Shown: positions 57,537 to 64,000 of the stretch, piece after piece | How the letters are laid out: each line of letters starts with the position of its first letter | How positions within the stretch are numbered: position 1 is the first letter of the stretch | Assembly (NCBI RefSeq): GCF_963853765.1 | Contig: NC_088857.1 | Span: 48,050,001-48,114,000 of the forward strand | DNA from: Magallana gigas | Lineage: Eukaryota | Direction: 5' to 3' | Length of the DNA stretch: 64,000 bases | The notes under the pieces: model-generated | What the model was told of the DNA's origin: nothing | The model's database searches: none | Seen by the model: only the letters and a program-made list of their open reading frames with translations | Translations under genes and position numbers: made by a program

Positions 57537-60500
57537 ACAAATTCACAGAAACACAAAAGAAGAGAAAAATACTGGTTTCTTCTCGATATTTATCAGCTTT
57601 CACTTGCGAACTGTGTAGAGTATCAATGAAAATTGAAATTTACAGATCCAAGTACAATGAGAAAATCAGGAAAGAATAAATATAACTTAAAAAATAAATT
57701 CACTCAGAAGAGCTCAATGGGCATCGTCCTTTTGTTTGAAATTTGGTCGGAAAAGATTTCTAAATCAAATCAACGATTCATAAATTCAGATGTGAACATT
57801 TTAATCCTACATGATCACACCATCCTTTACCGTTGTTTGTGCAAAAATGACGAATGTGCGGGGAATTCCAACTATGCTCACCTTTGCGCGTGTTTTTTTT
57901 TTTTTCATGACGCAATGTGGACTATAAGGACCAATGCAAAAATACGTAAACATGCTTCATCGTCTTGATAAATGTTTCTTATTTATTTGATATTTAGTGT
58001 GTTTTTTTTCTTATATTACCCATTCGCAAAAATTTTGCCTTATGCTAATTGTTAACTTATTGGATAGTGTAAAATGAAATGAAGCAGAACGATCGTGAAA
58101 ACTGTTCATAAGCAATAAAAGACAAGTGTTTGAAGAGGACTGGGGGTTGTGGCCATTTTTAGAATATAACAAGAAGGACTTTGTAAAATAATATAGCAAA
58201 ATATTCAAAATACAAAGCCACTTAATTATAGTCTATATATAAGCAAACCATACCTTAAGATTTAACGCACCTCGGACAGCACAGTATCTGACACAACAAA
58301 AACATTCGATTTTTGTACAACTAGTGAATGAGAAGTCGATTAAAACATAATTACGTACACATGTAAACAGCGGCTTTATCCTTGTTCGTTTGTTAAAATG
58401 ACCTAAATTTACATTAAAAAGTACATTGGATTGTTTACACGATATAAAAATATGTTAATTTGTTTAGCCTATTCTCCAAGTGGGCAATTAATAAGCATAA
58501 ATTGGAATATAAATACAATCATAATTATATTTAATATAATCTCCTAGATACATATGTGTACACGGCATGAACGCATCTTACTACAAGTACTCTCGCTCTA
58601 TACATATAGAACAAATAACGTTATTCACCAGCCTCGTATTTCATTTTAAATTATTGTGTTACCTGTCCCACATTTGATGTCCATCCCCCGGGCCCCAGAC
58701 GGCCCGAGAAGTATACGGTGTGCTGAAGAACACAGTGTTACTAAATTATTAAGTTATCAGGCCCTCAACGTCTTTCTCATGGATTCTGGGCTCACCAAAA
58801 AACGAAGTAATTTCGTACATAGGTACAAACACGTGGTCCCTTCCTGTTGTAATTAGCATATAATCTTACCTTGTTGTTAAGACAATGAACCATGCCAGGT
58901 GTCATCGAGGATCCCTATACGTAACAGTCGGCCATTATGATGATAAGTCGACGGTCTTATCTGTTCACGACTTGAGTTAATTTCGATGTGTTCTTGAGGC
59001 GTGTATCTTTGGTACGTATATACACTACAGAAAATGCATGTGGCCTTTTCGCTCATGTATATATATGCTACATAAGTACTTAATATACCACGATAAGGGT
59101 CCCTAATGTGTGTCGCTCATATTCCCCAAACGATGCATGGGACCATATAATTTTACACCGGAACTATTGACCTTTTGATCCTTTAATAAAATACGTACTT
59201 TAGTAACTACCACATGATTATACAAATGTAGCAATGATTTTCGTGGGAGGAGGGGAAGGGGGGGGGGGGGTTGCAGGTGCCTCGTATCATGTACCGGTAT
59301 TCAATTTAGGGTCCTATGTTCAAGGTACTTAGCCCGACATTTTTACAGAGAATTTGCAGGTTACAGATAAAACGCAGTACCCTTTTTCATTTTATCATGA
59401 TCAGAAATGATCCATGGTTCCAAATACAACCTTTTCTATGGTAAATAGATACATTCTAAATTATGAAAAATTGCCCACATTGAACAAAAATTGCTCCAAA
59501 TTACCATAATTTTGTTTGATGAAATTTCTCCTCTCATTAATAGCGAGCATATATTGTACTGTATCTACAACTCTTGAAATTTTACTAAAATTACAAAAAT
59601 CTGATGAAAGGAAATCTGTCTTTTTTTCAGGAAATAAAGTAAAAACATGAGTCAATTGTATATATTGCATAGATAAATAATAAGAAGATAAAAAAGTACA
59701 TGTTTCTCTAAACCTCCGTGATTTTACAATGAGGATGTGTCCAATATATGCAAAAATATGTAGAAATTCATAATAATTATATAAATATTAAAGATATCCT
59801 ATTATACAAAATTACTGAAAATTAAGTCTAAGTCGTGAACAGGGTTTCCAAATAAACATAACAGTACTCTAAATACATTGAAACTGGGGGGGGGGGGGAT
59901 TCTTCCGCCATAATAATGTGATTCTCACTTAACTTCTTTTGTAATGAAGTTACCAAATTGAAATTATCAAAATTTATTTCTTGAATTTTATATGTCATGG
60001 CATTGTAGAATCAAAGTAAAAATTAATCCTAGAGTAAGATTTACTAATACATTTGTAAAATATGATGCAGAACCTTAGGACCAGATGTCTTCTCAAAAAT
60101 GAAGGAAAGAACATCGTAAGTACCGGGGTAACTTTACTCCTTCCACCTCTGATAGAAAAGAACATAAAAAATTATTTATTTTCATCGACATCTTAAGAAG
60201 CTCTGCTGGACTGACATTGAATTTTAAAAAATCATCGTCCTCAAAGTGAATGTGTTAATGGGTTTTAGGTCAAAGTCAATTGTCCTCGGTCAAAGAAATA
60301 AAATGTCTTCACAATTGATCTTGAGAACCCTTTGCTTGACAGACATCAAACTTTGTAAATCGAATCTTTTACAAGAAACTCCAATTAGTTTTGAGTTCAC
60401 AAGATCAAAGGTTTAGGTCAAACTTGGAGCACTAATACTGATGTTAACGTTTTCCCTATTGACACACGGAATGTCAAAAGAAATATTATTTGTTCGTTTG

Positions 60501-60567
60501 ATTTAAGACTCTCCAAACTTACCTAAGATGTGTGACCCCCCCCCCCCCATTCCTGGTTTTTTTGTTG

Positions 60568-60586
60568 TTTTTTTCAATTCAATTTC

Positions 60587-60621
<35 letters not shown>

Positions 60622-61310
60622 TGTACATATAGGTACATATATATAAATATTTACAAATGTAGATATAGAGTCAGAGGTACATGTACAGTACAAATTAGAG
60701 AAAAAAATATGAGAAAAAAGTACAAATGTTCAAGGAGGACAGACTGATTCAAAAATTCCATGTATAAGTAAACAGAGTTTTTGAGTTTTTTTAAGTTTTA
60801 AAGTAAACAATAATTCTCAAAATTTAAAAGTGTTTGGTCTTTCACAAAATCTAGGTTCCAAGTATTTTGTCTAATACATGAAAGAGCATTACATTCTAAT
60901 ACATAGTGCATTTCATCAGCTATTTGATTGTTATTACATAATGTGCAGCATCTTTCATTTAGAGGAATGCCTAACCATCTAACAATTTCTACAGGAAGTT
61001 GATGATTCGACGTACGAAATTTATCAAGTATTTTTCGAAGTTTTGATGGTAGAATACTCAAATATTTTTCATATCCAAAAGTTGATTTGAAAGTTTTATA
61101 TATATGACCTTTTGAAGAATTTACCATATCAGCCGACCATTTCTGCACAAACTGGTCTTTAAGCCTTTGCTTGACAGCATTTGTAATCCAATTAACATTT
61201 ACAGTACATTGTTCATTCCAAATGTTTGAAAAACCACACTTATCAAAAATAGAATGTATACAATCAATCCAAGGGTTCTTAGAAAAGTCATTATTACATT
61301 GAATCAATAA
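60568..61310 (-). mobile_element. 5'-truncated CR1/L2-like LINE (ORF2 C-terminus and 3' UTR), degenerate
   Basis: RLKDQFVQKW..YKTFKSTFGYEKYL..KFRTSNHQLPVE..ERCCTLC..ADEMHYVLEC. A 1-nt frameshift near 60868 restores KYLEPRFCERPNTFKF*..ESVCPP* (stop 60730-60732). 3' hairpin, AATAAA and (ATTGA) tail. Confidence 0.88.
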
Positions 61311-61694
61311 GTACTACTATGGTAGGATGAACGAACTTCAGACCAGTTAACCAATCAGGACCAACCTTAGAACTCGTCTTCCACATTATGATTTAATGAG
61401 ACCGAGTCTAATTATTTCTCAAGATATTTTGATGAAATTTCTTGTAGGTAGTTTTACTACTACTCTTATATCAATTATTTTAAGACAAAAAAATAATTTG
61501 TTTACCATCCCAATTTTCTAGGGGGTCTTCTCGAAAGATAACACTTTTTACTGTTGGACCCTATGGGAATTAGATGAAAAAGCGCAAAATTTTCACGTTT
61601 TCCCCATTTTTTTGTTTTTGTATTCTGTCCTATGCATGGATTTCTTTTTCTTTTAAATATATGAAAACTATTATTCTAGCAAGTCACCAATTAC

Positions 61695-61697
<3 letters not shown>

Positions 61698-61730
<33 letters not shown>

Positions 61731-61738
61731 TGTTTATT
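61698..61738 (-). repeat. AATAAA plus A31 tract (possible retroposon tail)
   Basis: T31 at 61698-61728 followed on the plus strand by ATTGTTTATT. Confidence 0.6.
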
Positions 61739-62678
61739 TACATTTGTTCTTAATACAATAGCAAAAGTACTTACTACATAATTTTTCAACATAGATGTAT
61801 AGGATCTTTAAATATAAGTAGATATGCACATTTTCATACACAATATTCGACATAAGTCTTATAAGTAAAAAAAAAAAAGATATTTGAAAAAAACCCCATA
61901 AAAAATGATTGACAAAAAGGTAATGAAAAAAGGTTTCAGAATTGTTCAAACATACATTTATATTTCACTTTTAGTACAATAAGATATTGCCTATGCTAAC
62001 ATGAAGGGCCACAATCCACTAACTACAAGTCTCTAATGCCCCATGTTAGCAAGACAGCGACCACACCTGGTATGTGGACCTGTTGGCACCTATTTGTCTA
62101 ACAAAACAGATATAGAGAAGATATATAAATATATATAAAATAAAAATAAATTATGTATCCTATTATATGAATTATAAACTGCTTCTAATACGTTTTAAAA
62201 GGGTTGCAAAACTCCTTTGTGACAACGATTTGTAGACCTCAGAGAAAAAAGTTAGTACATATTTTATATGATTACATATTCCTGGTTTTAAATACCCTTT
62301 AATGTGACCTGAGTACCGATCCTGGACCACTGGACATACTTTTTCTTTAACCATATACACTGGGTGTATAATGTATTCACAATACTATAAAAATATACGT
62401 CAAGGCTTAGCATCCTTTATCTGACAAGTTACTAGAAAGTTATCATTATCCATCGGCTTGGTATACTTATCAGTATAAATTAAGATAGAAGATGAAAGTT
62501 CAATACTCAATAGTACACGGTATATCTATTTAAAGTCTGTGAGTGTCTTATCTATAGCACTTAGATCTATTTCAGGAAGTCACGTGATCAGAAACCATGG
62601 TCATCTTCTACTTTGTATATATATATACCATGTAATGCTTATGCTTAGTAAATAATAGATATAGAGTAATGTCTCTAA

Positions 62679-63029
62679 CATAGGCGTTGCAAAGTTATAC
62701 CTAACCATTAGAAACATAGCATGATAGAGGGTTCAGCCCCCCCACTTTTTCTCGCAGGAAAGATTATTGTTCCTAAATTTACCTTGAAAGATTGAGAAAT
62801 TGGATTCAGAAGCATACTAGCGCCCCCCCCCCCCCCCAGGATTAGGAATTTCATGATTTTGGAAAAAAAAATTTGGGTAAGTAAACTTTTTTCTTATGGA
62901 AGTATAGCCCCCCCCCCCCCCCCCCCCCCCACGGATTAGGATTTCCGTGATTTTGGGAATTACTTTTTTCTCAATATTTTTGAGGATAAGTTTAGCCCCC
63001 CCACTTTCAATTTGCTTCCGACGCCAGTG
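62679..63029. mobile_element. C/G-run MITE with CA(T/C)..GGCGT TIR
   Basis: CATAGGCGTTGCAA versus reverse complement CACTGGCGTCGGAA; TCTAA(CAT) direct repeat on both flanks; related end fragment at ~49258-49283. Confidence 0.6.
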
Positions 63030-63387
63030 TCTAACATGCCCCAAAATTGAAAATTGGGTAAATTGTTTGCATATATCGGATCAATTTTTCAGAACCCTTT
63101 GTCTGGTGGATATCAAACATATGCTACACTTATACCTAACCGCCCGGCCAACCGCAGTACGTGACCAACACTGGTTTTGTTTAAGGTCAAAATGCTTCAC
63201 TGAACATAGAGCAGCAATTTTCTATTGAAAATGTTAAGTATAGGATCAACGTGAGCTTTAAAATATATATGAAGAAGCCTAGACCTGTATATGTGCGTGA
63301 GTAAATTTAATAACGAGGTCCTCATTAATGGTCTCAGCAAGCCAGGATGCAAAAACACTTCAGTTTTGCAATTATTTTTTTTTTCAG

Positions 63388-63547
63388 TGCGACTCTCCAA
63401 GTGTTGTTGTGTACATAGACTATTACGTCACTGATTATGGAAACTTGGAGCCCATGCTCTTGATGTCGAGTTCGCCCGCTGTTGCATGCTGCTTCTCTGC
63501 TACGACAAACAAAGTGTCGAGTGACGATGGAATGTTTTATATACAAA
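63388..63547 (+). other. Candidate exon of an unidentified gene
   Basis: Strong acceptor (T10)CAG at 63387; frame open for 53 codons to a possible donor GTTAGG at 63548, alternative donor at 63595; no recognisable homology. Confidence 0.28.
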
Positions 63548-64000
63548 GTTAGGGATACAGAACTATGTCAGTAGAAGCGATATCAAAACTTCAGGTTAAT
63601 AAATACAGACTGAGATTGAGATTTCATCGTATTTTCTATCAAATCCAAATCGGGGGTAAATATTGGAAAGGCACAGCCGCAGCGCAATGGAGGTAAATAG
63701 GCATATGCCTCATATCTGAAACGACGATTAATTTTTTTTTTAATGTCAGAGTGAACTCGCCAAATTTCCAGTTATAAAAAAATTTAATTACAGAAAATAT
63801 TATAACATTTTGAAGATGACAACATAATGTTTAGTCTTGATCCATATTATATAAACCCTAAATATCTCATGTCAAGCTGATACCCTCCCCATACCTTTAG
63901 ATAAACTACCCAGATAAGAAGAATACGTCCTCTGAAGAACAGAGCAAGATATTCCATTAAATCCCATCTGCGTGTTCAAAGTTACAAAGCCACACATGCA

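Overview
AT-rich eukaryotic genomic DNA with spliceosomal GT-AG introns and three short N gaps. It is very probably an oyster (Crassostrea/Magallana), inferred from a ~168-bp Cg170-like satellite unit inside a Helentron-type element and from typical oyster MITE families. Five protein genes were reconstructed exon by exon with consistent reading phase. (1) RCC1L/WBSCR16 on the minus strand, 7 coding exons in the window, running off the left edge. (2) An unnamed 315-aa type I membrane protein on the plus strand with signal peptide, 8-Cys CUB-like ectodomain, TM helix and a tail carrying PSAP plus two PPxY motifs. (3) HDDC2 on the minus strand, 6 exons, 190 aa. (4) MRPS28 on the plus strand, 2 exons, 194 aa, head-to-head with HDDC2. 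(5) A GT11 alpha-1,2-fucosyltransferase on the minus strand, 319 aa. There is also an orphan 193-codon terminal-exon-like ORF (minus). Introns and intergenic DNA are dense with non-autonomous transposons: TTAA/Kolobok-like MITEs (three carrying tRNA-like Pol III boxes), Helentron-type HINEs, a MULE/foldback nest with a 9-bp TSD, a pogo-like deletion derivative, CR1/L2-like LINE 3' ends, a tRNA SINE, palindromic mini-elements and minisatellites. Most ORFs in the supplied track are non-coding artefacts. No prokaryotic-type system or CRISPR array is present. All family names come from recalled motifs, not from database searches.
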